DNA of 64,000 nt from the IMG/VR virus record IMGVR_UViG_3300042400_000593; one strand, written 5' to 3'. Under the pieces are notes generated by a model. The model saw only the letters and a program-made list of their open reading frames with translations, did not search any database and was not told where the DNA came from. The stretch is from a virus (Duplodnaviria; Heunggongvirae; Uroviricota; Caudoviricetes). A program made the position numbers and the translations under genes. Shown here piece by piece: positions 48,701-58,495 of this stretch; positions within the stretch are counted from its first letter, which is position 1; each line of letters opens with the position of its first letter.

Positions 48701-51700
48701 TAAGATCGATAAAGGTTCGACTACTACACTTGTTGAAGGTGCAACTGGTGCAACATTTAAAATTACTACACCTAAACTGCCAGATGGTACAAAGGTATTC
48801 TGGAATATTAATCAAGGTAGTGCAGGTAAAATACAAAATATTGATTTCTTAGTATCTGATGCTAAAGGTAAATCAGAGCAACGACTAAGTGGCTATGTTC
48901 TTACTAAATCTAATGCAGCTACATTAACAATTGCAGCTAGAAAAGATGTAGTTCTTAATAGTTCAGACGGAACAGAACCTGATGAAAAATTTACTATTTC
49001 GATAAGAATTGGATCAGAAACTGCTGACATTGAAGATACCACCTCGGAGATTACAATACAAGATGTTTCATCATATGTAATCACTGCTGATCAGACTGCA
49101 GTTAAAGAGTCTGACGGTTTATCATTAGCAACGTCTAGAACAGTAACATTTACTGTATATACTCCATATATGGATGACGGAACAGTATTGTACTGGACAA
49201 CAGCATCGTCTGCTGGAACGATTACTGCTTCTGATTTTAAAGATGGTTTATTAAGAGATACTGTTAAGGTATATAAAAATAAAGCGACTATTATTCGATC
49301 AATGAATGATGATCAAACTTCAGAAGGAAATGAAAAATTTTATATACAAATTAGAGAAGGCGGATACGACAATCCTGTAGTTAAAGGAGGTGTAAGTCCG
49401 GGCGTGCTAATATATGACAATTCTCAAGGAGCACCTGAGCCGGAACCACCAGGAAAACCAACAGCAGTAGTAACCACCTTAACAAATAGTTTAACATTTG
49501 TTGAAGGCAGTACAATTAGGTTACAAGTTGCTACTACTAATGTATTACCGACTGATAATTGTTTTTGGTCGGCATATAGTGTAGCACCGGGCGGAATAGT
49601 AGATGATTTAAGTAAAATTCAAAGTTCTGCAGCAATCCATGTACAGGGATCAAGTGATCCACGAACAGTTACTATAGAAGATATTGTAGTAACTCCTGAT
49701 TTAATAAATGAAGGTGCTGAAGTATTTATTTTTCAATTTCATAAAGGGTCGGTAGCATCTAAAGCTATTGGGTATCTTCCAATAACATTAGTCGACACGG
49801 TTAAATATTCAATTTTTGTAACTAATTCGTTAATTTCTGAAGCAGGAAATACTCAGACAACATTTAATATTACAACGCCGTTAACAAACACATTGTTAAA
49901 ATGGACAATTGTACCTGAATCTGGTAATTCAGGTACTGGTGTATCTGGCGCAGATTTTACTGTTGCAAATATTTATAATTTTGATTCACCGTCAATGACT
50001 GGAACTGTAGCAATTGGCGCAAATGGTACTGGTGCATTTGCATTATCTGCTGCAACTGATAGTATTGCTGAAGTTACTGAAAAATTCCATATTATACTTA
50101 AAAAACCAGGAACTGGCGGTGCATATGAAGTTATTCCGGATTTGCAATCAGACGTAGTTAGTATACAAGATCTTACAGGATACACATTGACTCCTACTGC
50201 AGTAGGATACAATTTACCCTCAGCATCTTATACTGTTACTGCAGGTACATCTATAACTTATACATTAACTACTCCAAAGATATCTAAATTATCAAATCCT
50301 TGGAAATGGGAGTTACTTGGTAGCAATTTAGTAGGTATGATGTCTACATCTGGATATATTACAGTTAATGCAACTGATATTTCGTATTCATTTATTGTTA
50401 CAACCAATGCTGAAAAAATTCTTGATACTAAAAAGTTTACAGTTCAAATTACTGATTTTGACGGTGGTAAAAAAACGGTATCAGGTAATCCAACAATAAC
50501 TATAACCGCAGGTGTAAAAAATACAATTGTTCCAAAAGTTAACGGTGCAGTGCTTGAATCACCATATAACATAACTGAGTCAACCGCAGTAACATTTGCA
50601 GTTGTATCAACATTGCCAAAGGTATATTGGTATCTTGCTCAAACTACAACTGAAGAAACTGCAAATACTAATAAAATAGATTCAAATGATTTTTCAACTA
50701 ACCAACCGTTAGCTGGTACACTAGTACCAAGCCCTACCGCTAAAACAGCAAGTTTTACATTAACATTTGCAAATAAATTGAATAGAAAACATGGTAATAA
50801 GAAATTTCATATTATTTTAAGTGATGTTGCACCTAGTACTCCAATTCAGTCAGCGTTACCTACTGCATTAGTGTCAACTGAAACTATTACCAGAACTGAA
50901 AATACAGTATACACAATTACTCCAAGTTTGTCAGCGCCGTATTATACAAATGAAGGAACTGCAGTTACATTTACAGTAACTACACCGTTTATTTCAGCTG
51001 ACACGTTCTATAAATGGGAAGTTGTTTCGACTGGTGTTTCGTCTATTTCGACTGTTCAGGTTAATACTAGTGCTAATGTTACACAAACTACTCCTGGCGC
51101 GTTGTCTGGTACATTTAAAGTGTTTTCTGCAACTAACTCAGGAACGTTTGCAATAACAGTTACAAATGACAATATTGATAATACTAGATCGTATCAAATT
51201 AGAATTTCTGATACATCTAATGCTGTAAAAATTCAAACTAATGATCCGGGAAATCAAATAATTTATGTTGAATCTAACCCAACATGGGGAATTATTGCAA
51301 CTGCATCAGCAACTAGCGACACAGAAATTGCGAGTATAATGGAAGGAGATCCTATTACTATTACTGTTACTCGTCCTGCGTCGGCTCCTGATAACACAAT
51401 TAAAAAAATAAGATGGTCAGTAGTTAAAAGTGATAATGATTCAACCTTTATACCATCTCATGTTGTTATGCCATCTTCTAATACTGCTTCAGTAAAATCA
51501 GACGGCACATTTATCTTTTCATTTAAGGCAAGTATTGATAATCCGTTATCAAGTCCTAACACTAATCGAACATTTAAGATTGCATTAACTGATGATTCGT
51601 TAAATCCAATTAGTAATGTTGACGATCTTGTTATTACTATTACTGATTACTTATGTTTATCAGTAGTTGATGACGGTTCTCCATCTACCGGAAATCCAAC

Positions 51701-54700
51701 AATTAATGAAGGTGTAAGCGGTAATACTATAAAATTTACTGTTACTGCTAAAGAATCAGATATCGGACATGCATTAACATATAAAATATTCCCAGTTGGA
51801 ATGCAGACTACTGATTTTGTTAATATATCATCGTTTACAGGTACTACTGATTTAGTAAGTGCAAATAAAACTGTAGAGTTTACATTATCTACTACTCCTG
51901 ATTCAACTACTAATAAAACTGCTAAATCGTTTTATGTAACATTTACAAGTACAGTAACACCTACAGGTAACATAAACACTTGTAAGTCAAGAGTTGTTAA
52001 TGTAGCAGATTCGTCAAAGACTGCAGCACCGGAAAATTATGCAGTTGAAGACAATGGTACAAATCCATTACCGTCAAAATTATTACCGTCTATAAATGAA
52101 GGCGGCGACGGTAGTAGCATAACATTTACTGTTACTACTAAAACTACTGACAATGGAAATCCATTATATTGGCGAATAAAAAACCCATCAGGGGCGTATA
52201 TTAATGAAAAATGTTTTTCAATTGGATCATTAACAGGTCAGACTGCTAATGTTGCAAGTAGAACAGCAACATTAACATTAACTGCAGTGGCAGACACCGC
52301 AGATAATAAACCAGCTAAAAAGTTTTATGTCGAATTTAGTACAACTTCTACGTTCCCAAAAACAATTGCAACTGGGTTAACATCTCGTACTGTTGATATT
52401 GCTGATACATCTAAAACATATTATCCGCCTTCTGCAGTTAGTATCGAGGTAACATATATGCCAGCAGTAGTGTATCCGGGGGATAAATTTGTAGTTCAAT
52501 GTAAATTAGCATCGACTACTTCAACTCCATTACCTGCATCGCCATTATTAAAGGTATCATGGGTTATTAATTCGGCTAACACTACCATTGCGGCAAATGT
52601 TAGACAACAATCTAAAGCTGATACACAAATTGGCGGAGTAGCGATGTCTCAAACTGCTACACTTAAAAATCGTACAGGAACTACATTAGCAAATTCACAA
52701 TTTTGTGTTCTTCCTTTGTTAGCATATAATAATCCTAATTTTGTAAGTAATAATGACCCATGTGGTAATTTTACAATAACATTTACAGTGACTGATCCTG
52801 TTACAAATAAAACAGTTTCGGCAACAACTGATCCAATTCAGTGGAATCATATAGTAATAAAACAAACGATAAAAAACTCTGGACCATGGTCTATTCCAAA
52901 AGATGCTAATTTTGTTAATATAAAACTTTATGGTGGTGCCGGTGACGGTGGCGTTGATACTGGTGGTAGTAGAACAGGCGGGTACGGTGCAACTGGTGAC
53001 ATTGTTATTGGTACTGTTAATGTTCAAAATATTTTATCAAAAAGTTTATATTTTAAATTTATACGTGGTTCAGACGGTGGCCCTGCTAAAACAAGTGGCT
53101 GGAAAATTGCAGCAGGAACAACAGGCGGTGGCGCCGCAGTAGTATATCCTGGTATAAATGATAAAGGAACAGTAATTGCAGTTGCAGCAGGCGGCGGCGC
53201 AGGTGGTAATCAATGGACCAATGACGGCGGATCTGGTAGAAATGGAGCAGCACCGACATTTGTTACAACGTATAGCTCATCAGTTGATAACGTTGGATTT
53301 TCAGTTGCACCAACATATGGCAACGGTGGTGCAGGGGCACCCAGAGGTACAAACAATACTACTGGTATTGATGACAACAATGATAGACGCGGACCACGTT
53401 ACGGCGGTGGCGGCGGTGTGTCGTATGTTCCTGCAACCTTTTCTCGTATAGCAGGAGAAATAGGAATAAACGGAGTGCCGCCAGGAGCTGTAGGTGAAAA
53501 TCCGTTTGCGGTAGTTTCGTATTCACCGATATGTGCTGGACAAGCTATAGAGTCTTATGAATATATTGAATCGGGAACATACAAAGTTACTGTTCCTGCA
53601 GGAATTGCACATGCTAATGTTGTAGTAATTGGTGCAGGAGGCGGTGGCGGTGGTGCAGGCGGAACTGCATTAACTATTGATAATTCTGTTTATACATCTT
53701 ATCCAACACAAACAGCTTCAAGTGACGTAACTGCATTTTTAAACAAATATGGAATCTACGGCGGTGCCGGAACAACTACGATTAAAGCATCGTATAGAAC
53801 ATCATTTGCTGCACCAAAACAATTAACAAATTATATATTAACCTATTATGGAAATAATTCAGGATATATCACACTTAATGGTACTAAACATTCGTTTAGT
53901 TCTAGTACATGGGCATTAGTAACTAAATCTATTACGCTAACTAATAAATTTGATCGTAAAATTGAAGTATCCGCAACAATTAAGGCCGCGTCGTATTCAG
54001 CCTTAGTAGGAACAAATGTTACAGGTACCGGTACTGGTGCAAAGTTTAATGTAACAATAGCCGGAACAGTGTATACGACTGTTAAAATATATGCAGCGGG
54101 TAAAAATTATGCAGTAGGTGATCAAATTACAATTAGTGGTCGTAATTTAGGTGGTACTGACGTAAATAATCTCGTAATTACAGTTGCAACAGTAAATAGT
54201 GGAAAGATTGCTACTATTACTACAGTTGGTACAGCGGATGGGCATTATATTGCTGCAACGTTAAGAGTTGATGACGGGTCAGACACATTATTTGATCCTG
54301 CTATTCATAGTACAAACGATAACAAAAATTTTTATAGAGAAGAAGATATCTTATGGACGACACGTAAACCTAAAAATCTTATTACTGCTGGAGTAGGCAC
54401 AAGTAATGGTAGTAGCGGAGCAGGCGGCGGTGCAGGCGGCGGTGAAGTTACCACTATAGCTGTTACAAGTGGGGACGAACTTACAGTAGTAGTCGGAGCA
54501 GGCGGTAAAGGTGGTACTGGACAATACGACACATCTGCAGGTGCAGCTGGGCAAGTTGGCGGTTCTAGTTCAATAACAGGAACAGGTGTATCAGTTACTG
54601 TATCGGGCGGTAATTATGGAAGCAGTTCTTCGTCAGGAGTTGCAGCTGCAGGCGGTGCTGGCGGAGCTGGTGCTGCAGAAGTCGGAGGTGCAGGATTACC

Positions 54701-54881
54701 AGGTAAAACTAATACATCTACATCTGTTACTACAACTGCAGGCGGTGCTGGCGGCGTAAACACAACATCGTACGGTGGAGGTGGTAGTGGCGGGAGTTTA
54801 GTCGAATCTACCCAAGAAACTATATTTAATTCAGGTACAGCCGGACGTCCGGGATATGTGTTAATAGCATGGCGTCCGTAA
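45717..54881 (+). CDS. Giant (3054 aa) tail fibre/adhesin with about 15 Calx-beta-like Ig repeats and a Gly-rich C-terminus
   Basis: Repeating EG..(I/V)TFTV and D..xEGxExF motifs; GAGGGGGG-rich tip; last gene of the tail operon. Confidence 0.75.
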   Translation: MATPEIITLKEFNDAQVIVAKVLGAGSGDYGYNQTVTSSQQLSVTGPEVAKLRNDIYRALHHQKGVANANTLMPAFVALNGTVSQSIRIATTGTPAIGTTPAVLGTIDSGRFSMFTGTGAKVTNADTFPNFITDQNWNGTTTQTTTVTFIDATHMRSFFNAGSTIQILPSKSGVVTVKNTAWTNLLNLGTITFQRSGVTTASKPLVTDTTGTGFDTLTSTNAVIFSRSSDTKTEVYTINAKLSGDHTIIFTSTFSNSGSDVTGTLSSTVKLLRASYDQTDIVNVTTLSIGAPVSIVSLGSTTNEQWNTLAGTTGVTYSVGSVLTTVVAGTGLGTGTVTFPYVTIPAPGVISTIVPGLASPTYTITKSPVTSQISETGAFVSVSFTVNTHNYTGTHIYYRIVKANSSASDIIEADFVDKPLAGALAINQSTGVSETLALTANADNATEGLDKFDIEFRTTENVNDPVVTSILKAFNDVPISIIDTSITPKVIPRTIRFASLAAGKMSASTTEGATISFGIISTGISEPYDTVTWRIYPVATNPVVITASDFKEGIEGTFTMPSNQLYTLDLHISADTDVTEKLEEFQVYLYLTDPVTNAPNKTKNANSYMVQIGADAALVTQGYEVLTPLQLTTVEGDPVGISVPFKTPYLPPAGQKVWYRISAPDSLNAADGADFTDGLSSGSCPVTVTGNSTTGSGSGTLRKYAKNDKITEGTQGFIVEFFKDSAFSQKFGETTTLTITENVGYTVTRSTPSMIEPLADGSTAGKVTEITFTLNTPFIPNSPETLVDWEVKKINSAGGIGEFTTNDFIDGEINGSNPVVDNKVIVTLRANNDGLTEGTEQFFVRFTYPDGDGTAYKDSPIASITETVKYTIDVAAGSSTSMVEALASNSQGVVFDITTPFLPPNTPVYWETVVPAGNRTSKFLPSDFADNKTSGTIYINQGGTITNQATLTRIAIIDTDIEGNETFQIILKTGTAKSTEVARSPVITITEDIKGKIDKGSTTTLVEGATGATFKITTPKLPDGTKVFWNINQGSAGKIQNIDFLVSDAKGKSEQRLSGYVLTKSNAATLTIAARKDVVLNSSDGTEPDEKFTISIRIGSETADIEDTTSEITIQDVSSYVITADQTAVKESDGLSLATSRTVTFTVYTPYMDDGTVLYWTTASSAGTITASDFKDGLLRDTVKVYKNKATIIRSMNDDQTSEGNEKFYIQIREGGYDNPVVKGGVSPGVLIYDNSQGAPEPEPPGKPTAVVTTLTNSLTFVEGSTIRLQVATTNVLPTDNCFWSAYSVAPGGIVDDLSKIQSSAAIHVQGSSDPRTVTIEDIVVTPDLINEGAEVFIFQFHKGSVASKAIGYLPITLVDTVKYSIFVTNSLISEAGNTQTTFNITTPLTNTLLKWTIVPESGNSGTGVSGADFTVANIYNFDSPSMTGTVAIGANGTGAFALSAATDSIAEVTEKFHIILKKPGTGGAYEVIPDLQSDVVSIQDLTGYTLTPTAVGYNLPSASYTVTAGTSITYTLTTPKISKLSNPWKWELLGSNLVGMMSTSGYITVNATDISYSFIVTTNAEKILDTKKFTVQITDFDGGKKTVSGNPTITITAGVKNTIVPKVNGAVLESPYNITESTAVTFAVVSTLPKVYWYLAQTTTEETANTNKIDSNDFSTNQPLAGTLVPSPTAKTASFTLTFANKLNRKHGNKKFHIILSDVAPSTPIQSALPTALVSTETITRTENTVYTITPSLSAPYYTNEGTAVTFTVTTPFISADTFYKWEVVSTGVSSISTVQVNTSANVTQTTPGALSGTFKVFSATNSGTFAITVTNDNIDNTRSYQIRISDTSNAVKIQTNDPGNQIIYVESNPTWGIIATASATSDTEIASIMEGDPITITVTRPASAPDNTIKKIRWSVVKSDNDSTFIPSHVVMPSSNTASVKSDGTFIFSFKASIDNPLSSPNTNRTFKIALTDDSLNPISNVDDLVITITDYLCLSVVDDGSPSTGNPTINEGVSGNTIKFTVTAKESDIGHALTYKIFPVGMQTTDFVNISSFTGTTDLVSANKTVEFTLSTTPDSTTNKTAKSFYVTFTSTVTPTGNINTCKSRVVNVADSSKTAAPENYAVEDNGTNPLPSKLLPSINEGGDGSSITFTVTTKTTDNGNPLYWRIKNPSGAYINEKCFSIGSLTGQTANVASRTATLTLTAVADTADNKPAKKFYVEFSTTSTFPKTIATGLTSRTVDIADTSKTYYPPSAVSIEVTYMPAVVYPGDKFVVQCKLASTTSTPLPASPLLKVSWVINSANTTIAANVRQQSKADTQIGGVAMSQTATLKNRTGTTLANSQFCVLPLLAYNNPNFVSNNDPCGNFTITFTVTDPVTNKTVSATTDPIQWNHIVIKQTIKNSGPWSIPKDANFVNIKLYGGAGDGGVDTGGSRTGGYGATGDIVIGTVNVQNILSKSLYFKFIRGSDGGPAKTSGWKIAAGTTGGGAAVVYPGINDKGTVIAVAAGGGAGGNQWTNDGGSGRNGAAPTFVTTYSSSVDNVGFSVAPTYGNGGAGAPRGTNNTTGIDDNNDRRGPRYGGGGGVSYVPATFSRIAGEIGINGVPPGAVGENPFAVVSYSPICAGQAIESYEYIESGTYKVTVPAGIAHANVVVIGAGGGGGGAGGTALTIDNSVYTSYPTQTASSDVTAFLNKYGIYGGAGTTTIKASYRTSFAAPKQLTNYILTYYGNNSGYITLNGTKHSFSSSTWALVTKSITLTNKFDRKIEVSATIKAASYSALVGTNVTGTGTGAKFNVTIAGTVYTTVKIYAAGKNYAVGDQITISGRNLGGTDVNNLVITVATVNSGKIATITTVGTADGHYIAATLRVDDGSDTLFDPAIHSTNDNKNFYREEDILWTTRKPKNLITAGVGTSNGSSGAGGGAGGGEVTTIAVTSGDELTVVVGAGGKGGTGQYDTSAGAAGQVGGSSSITGTGVSVTVSGGNYGSSSSSGVAAAGGAGGAGAAEVGGAGLPGKTNTSTSVTTTAGGAGGVNTTSYGGGGSGGSLVESTQETIFNSGTAGRPGYVLIAWRP

Positions 54882-54898
54882 TACGATAATAGAGAAAT

Positions 54899-54926
54899 AA
54901 AAAAAGCCAGCAATGCTGGCTTTTTT
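54899..54926. terminator. Bidirectional intrinsic terminator
   Basis: AAAAAGCCAGC-AAT-GCTGGCTTTTTT between the convergent giant fibre gene and thyX. Confidence 0.9.
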
Positions 54927-54930
54927 GTGA

Positions 54931-55713
54931 TTAGTGTTTATAAAAATTAAATAAGTGTTGCCACCAGTTAACCAGTTTATGTTCAACAAGATCTTCTTTA
55001 ATAACATCGGGAATAGTAACAAATGTCTCTGATTCTTCCTTATAAACAAAGTCATTTACCATTGGAAATACTGCGCTAATTGCTTGCGCACATGCTACAG
55101 CAACTTGTTTGTGTTCAAGCTGTGTATCCACGTTACTGCGCACTTGTATGTAGTGAATCCATGAGCGCAACGTCCCGTTAACATACACGCGACTTTTAGT
55201 ATTACCTTCTGGAAGAACAACACGAGCTTGTTCTTTAGCAATTCCTTTGCTAATTGCCCATGCATACTGTACTTTTGCTGCTTCAATAAGATATTGCTGT
55301 CTTAGTTTCCATTCGTTATTAATTGCTTCTTCTTCAACAGTATTAACTGTGATAGAGTTTTGACGATTCTTAGGATCTTGGAAACGTGCTTCACGTATTT
55401 CAAAAGACAAGTCATCAGTTGGATCTGCATAACGTTGACTAAACTCTTGGAATCTAAATGAAGCGTGGCGTAGTAATTGACGTGCAATATCACGGGTGGT
55501 ATTGATTTCTAAACATACATTAACCATTTCAAGTGGTGACCAATGTTTATGTTTAATTAAGTAGTTGATGAGTTTTTCTGAAGTTTCTGTATTAAACTGA
55601 TTTGAAGGATTACTTACTCTTGCACAAAATGCTATAAGTTCTTGTGCATCGGTAATTCCTAACTCAGCAAATTCTTCAGTTGGTTGAGAATATGATACTA
55701 ATTTAATGTTCAT
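54931..55713 (-). CDS. thyX: Flavin-dependent thymidylate synthase
   Basis: CARVS, HKHWSPLE, RHASFRFQEFSQRY (RHRx7S motif with an R-to-A change), EQARVVLP, EHKQVA. Confidence 0.93.
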   Translation of the reverse strand: MNIKLVSYSQPTEEFAELGITDAQELIAFCARVSNPSNQFNTETSEKLINYLIKHKHWSPLEMVNVCLEINTTRDIARQLLRHASFRFQEFSQRYADPTDDLSFEIREARFQDPKNRQNSITVNTVEEEAINNEWKLRQQYLIEAAKVQYAWAISKGIAKEQARVVLPEGNTKSRVYVNGTLRSWIHYIQVRSNVDTQLEHKQVAVACAQAISAVFPMVNDFVYKEESETFVTIPDVIKEDLVEHKLVNWWQHLFNFYKH

Positions 55714-56030
55714 AATTTATTTTTTTTAAAAAATTTATTAGTTGATTTTTCAATGTCTTTTTTAATTTTAACTGCGTCAATTTTAAAATTAACATCGTCT
55801 ATGCGATCTTCGTATGAAGTGAGTAAGTCAGACAAACTTGTTTGAAAACTTTCCCAGCCTTCTTTTTTTAATTTTGCTGTTAATTTTATTTCCCAAGACT
55901 TATTATCTTTAAAATTAACAATTACGGAATGTAAATAAAGAAGAGGTATCTTATTAATAGACACCTCTTCTAATACTTCAGGCCAAACTGCAATCACATC
56001 CTCAGGAAGTGGTTTCTTTTGGACTGTCAA
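55710..56030 (-). CDS. Hypothetical protein
   Basis: 106-aa ORF coupled to thyX by a 4-nt overlap. Confidence 0.7.
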   Translation of the reverse strand: MTVQKKPLPEDVIAVWPEVLEEVSINKIPLLYLHSVIVNFKDNKSWEIKLTAKLKKEGWESFQTSLSDLLTSYEDRIDDVNFKIDAVKIKKDIEKSTNKFFKKNKL

Positions 56031-56709
56031 CTTTTGCCTTAGCTACTTTTTTAGTAGTTACTTTGTCTGATTCTAGTGCCTCAGCTACTGCCTCAGCTAC
56101 TGCTGCGTCTCTTGCTTCTAGCAAATCAGTTTTAGATTTTTTAACTGTAGGAACAAGTTCTTCGGCTTGTCTACGTAAAGAAGCAGCTTCTTTTGATAAC
56201 CGATCTGCTTCTGAACGATAGTGTTTAGCTTTTTGCTCGGGAGTTAAAAGCTCTACTAATGCTGATTTTGGTTCTTCAGATTTTACAGTTTCTTTTTCTT
56301 GGAACGGTTCAATTTTAGTTGGCGATTTAAGTGATAATTCGTCAACTGTTGTACCACGTTGTTCTGCAATAATTTGATTTAACTCGGACAATTTAATTGA
56401 AACTGTATGCGTTGGTAACATTTCGACTTGATCTGTTGAAATTTTTACCAATCTATTTTGACTATGTAATGCAGTTAACATAACATACCCATCTGGAAAA
56501 TTAGTACGTGCTAATGCTTCCGCAAATTCATAAGCAGCTTGTCCGGCATTGCTTTCTACTAAATTAATAATCGCATCGTGATAACTATCTGGTAAATTTT
56601 CAGTAGGAACAATTAGGCAATTATATGCCTCACCGGGTAATGTACGATATGCAACAATGCATTTTTTGCCGGAGCTAATAACTCTACCAACATGTTTAAG
56701 TTCGGCCAT
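56002..56709 (-). CDS. Hypothetical protein (likely start MAELKHVGR)
   Basis: ORF track 56002..56763; the ATG at 56709 abuts the stop of the upstream gene. Confidence 0.75.
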   Translation of the reverse strand: MAELKHVGRVISSGKKCIVAYRTLPGEAYNCLIVPTENLPDSYHDAIINLVESNAGQAAYEFAEALARTNFPDGYVMLTALHSQNRLVKISTDQVEMLPTHTVSIKLSELNQIIAEQRGTTVDELSLKSPTKIEPFQEKETVKSEEPKSALVELLTPEQKAKHYRSEADRLSKEAASLRRQAEELVPTVKKSKTDLLEARDAAVAEAVAEALESDKVTTKKVAKAKVDSPKETTS

Positions 56710-56710
56710 A

Positions 56711-56962
56711 TTATGCGCCTTGTTGTTCAGCTTGTTGTGCTTCAGCTTGTTTAGCAACAACAATTAAAAAGTTTTCTAATTTAGCATATGTCTGACCAAC
56801 AGGTACTAATTCATTTGGTTTAAATGCACCTCTTGAAATTGCAATATCAAAAATAGTTTTGATTGCATTTAAGTCATTAATAGTAAGATCATTCGATGCT
56901 GTTTCTTGAGCTGTTTCTTGTGCTACTTCGTCTTGTACTGCGTCTTGAGTTGTTTCTGTCAT
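56711..56962 (-). CDS. Small hypothetical protein
   Basis: 83 aa; SD AGAGGA upstream. Confidence 0.7.
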   Translation of the reverse strand: MTETTQDAVQDEVAQETAQETASNDLTINDLNAIKTIFDIAISRGAFKPNELVPVGQTYAKLENFLIVVAKQAEAQQAEQQGA

Positions 56963-56994
56963 GTGTTTTCCTCTATGGTTAGTAATATAATTAA

Positions 56995-57282
56995 TTATCT
57001 TAAATTAATTTCAGGGCAAGCAATTGTGAAAAAGCTAAGATCTTTTTCAGATTCAAACCCAATAGTAATGTTATAGACAATGGAATTAGATGAATCTAAT
57101 GAAATCCCCTTGTCTATGTAATATCGATTATTTAAATTTTTAGCAATCCAACTGTCAATAGATCTGACTAATTCTGGATTAAATTTATTAATTTTGAAAT
57201 ACGTAAAGTGAGGGCAGGCAAAGCCCACCCTACGCATGTTAAAGTAATTTAATGGATTCGGTTTTCCATTTTTTAGAGCCAT
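56995..57282 (-). CDS. Hypothetical protein
   Basis: 95 aa; its start overlaps the stop of the vWA gene. Confidence 0.7.
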   Translation of the reverse strand: MALKNGKPNPLNYFNMRRVGFACPHFTYFKINKFNPELVRSIDSWIAKNLNNRYYIDKGISLDSSNSIVYNITIGFESEKDLSFFTIACPEINLR

Positions 57283-58463
57283 TATGCTGGCTCCTTAGCA
57301 AACTCATAGTAAGCAAACTCACCCCATGGTGGAACAATTGTATTATTGCCATGTATGATAAACACTGTGTCGCAGTAAGCTTCATCACCCCAACTACCAA
57401 ATGGGTAACCGTCAGTAAACATAATAAACTTTTTAGGTTGAATATCATGTTCTTTCATGTATTCCCAGTTAGCATCAAAGTCTGTGCCGCCACCTCCTTT
57501 TGGCTGATACTGGTCAAACTCTGTAATAGTGTAAGCATTGAAATCAGCTTCGTTATATACTTGTGTATCAAAGCACCACAGTTTAATATTAAACTCTTGA
57601 TACTCTTGCATAATGCCTTTAATCTCACTTAAGAAATCTCTAGCTTGATCATCGCCGATCGATCCTGACATATCAATAGCAACACAGATATCAATAGTTT
57701 CATCATAATTAGTACCTGGCAAAATAGCATTCATATGCCAGCCTTTTCTGTTAGGACGCATGAATGAAAAATCATTTTTAATAGTACTTTGAATTTGCTG
57801 ACGTAAAATTTCACGCCAGTTCATTTTAGGTTCAGTAAGTTCTTTAATCATACGCGCAACACTAGCCGGAGTATTACCAGCACCTGCAGCTTGTGCAGCA
57901 GCCATAGTAGCTTCGCGAATCTCGTCTCGAATCTTTTTCAATTCGTCTTTAGTATATTGCGGACGGCCACTGCCGTTAGGATTACTTTCCCAGTCAACGT
58001 GTTCATCTAACATTTCACCAATTTGAGAAAGTGACTGTTCGTCATGATCATCCATTAGCTTGTCATAAATCTCTTCAGAACCCATACCGTAATAGTTAGT
58101 GTCATGAAAGATTTTAATAACAGGCGGAACTTCGCCGATTTTATCACGAATTAATTGACCGTTTACATTGTAGTCACATGCAATGTTAAAGATTTTAGGA
58201 TTACGACCATCTCTGCGTGACATGTGATCAAATACGTTGTGCAGGATCTCATGGCCAATAACGAATTCAATTTGTTTTACAGTTAGTGGTTCAAAGAACT
58301 CGCGATTATAAAAGATAGAACGACCGTCAGTAGCAGCAGTTGGACACCAATCTGTACCGTCGACAATTTTTAAACGTGTAGCCATGTTGCCAAAGAATGG
58401 ATGACGTAATAATAAGCCTACGCGAGCTACGATAATCTTGTCTACGATTGTATCTAATGCCAT
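57282..58463 (-). CDS. Metallopeptidase-vWA fusion (DUF2201-like), partner of the MoxR ATPase
   Basis: TAATDG, HEILH (HEXXH), MIDAS-type DMSGS, GGGGTDF, FTDG; likely start MALDT with SD AAGGAG. Confidence 0.85.
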   Translation of the reverse strand: MALDTIVDKIIVARVGLLLRHPFFGNMATRLKIVDGTDWCPTAATDGRSIFYNREFFEPLTVKQIEFVIGHEILHNVFDHMSRRDGRNPKIFNIACDYNVNGQLIRDKIGEVPPVIKIFHDTNYYGMGSEEIYDKLMDDHDEQSLSQIGEMLDEHVDWESNPNGSGRPQYTKDELKKIRDEIREATMAAAQAAGAGNTPASVARMIKELTEPKMNWREILRQQIQSTIKNDFSFMRPNRKGWHMNAILPGTNYDETIDICVAIDMSGSIGDDQARDFLSEIKGIMQEYQEFNIKLWCFDTQVYNEADFNAYTITEFDQYQPKGGGGTDFDANWEYMKEHDIQPKKFIMFTDGYPFGSWGDEAYCDTVFIIHGNNTIVPPWGEFAYYEFAKEPA

Positions 58464-58495
58464 AAAATACTCCTTAATTTTGTTAGTAAGTGTAA

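Noticed and set aside
52930-54881. GC-rich GGC repeats as a sign of foreign DNA or a diversity-generating target
   Set aside because: Explained by poly-Gly coding; no reverse transcriptase or template/variable repeat pair in the window.
20092-54913. Many 60-135 aa minus-strand ORFs within the baseplate and tail operon
   Set aside because: Fully nested antisense to long real genes, with composition mirroring the sense codon bias and no SD or motifs.
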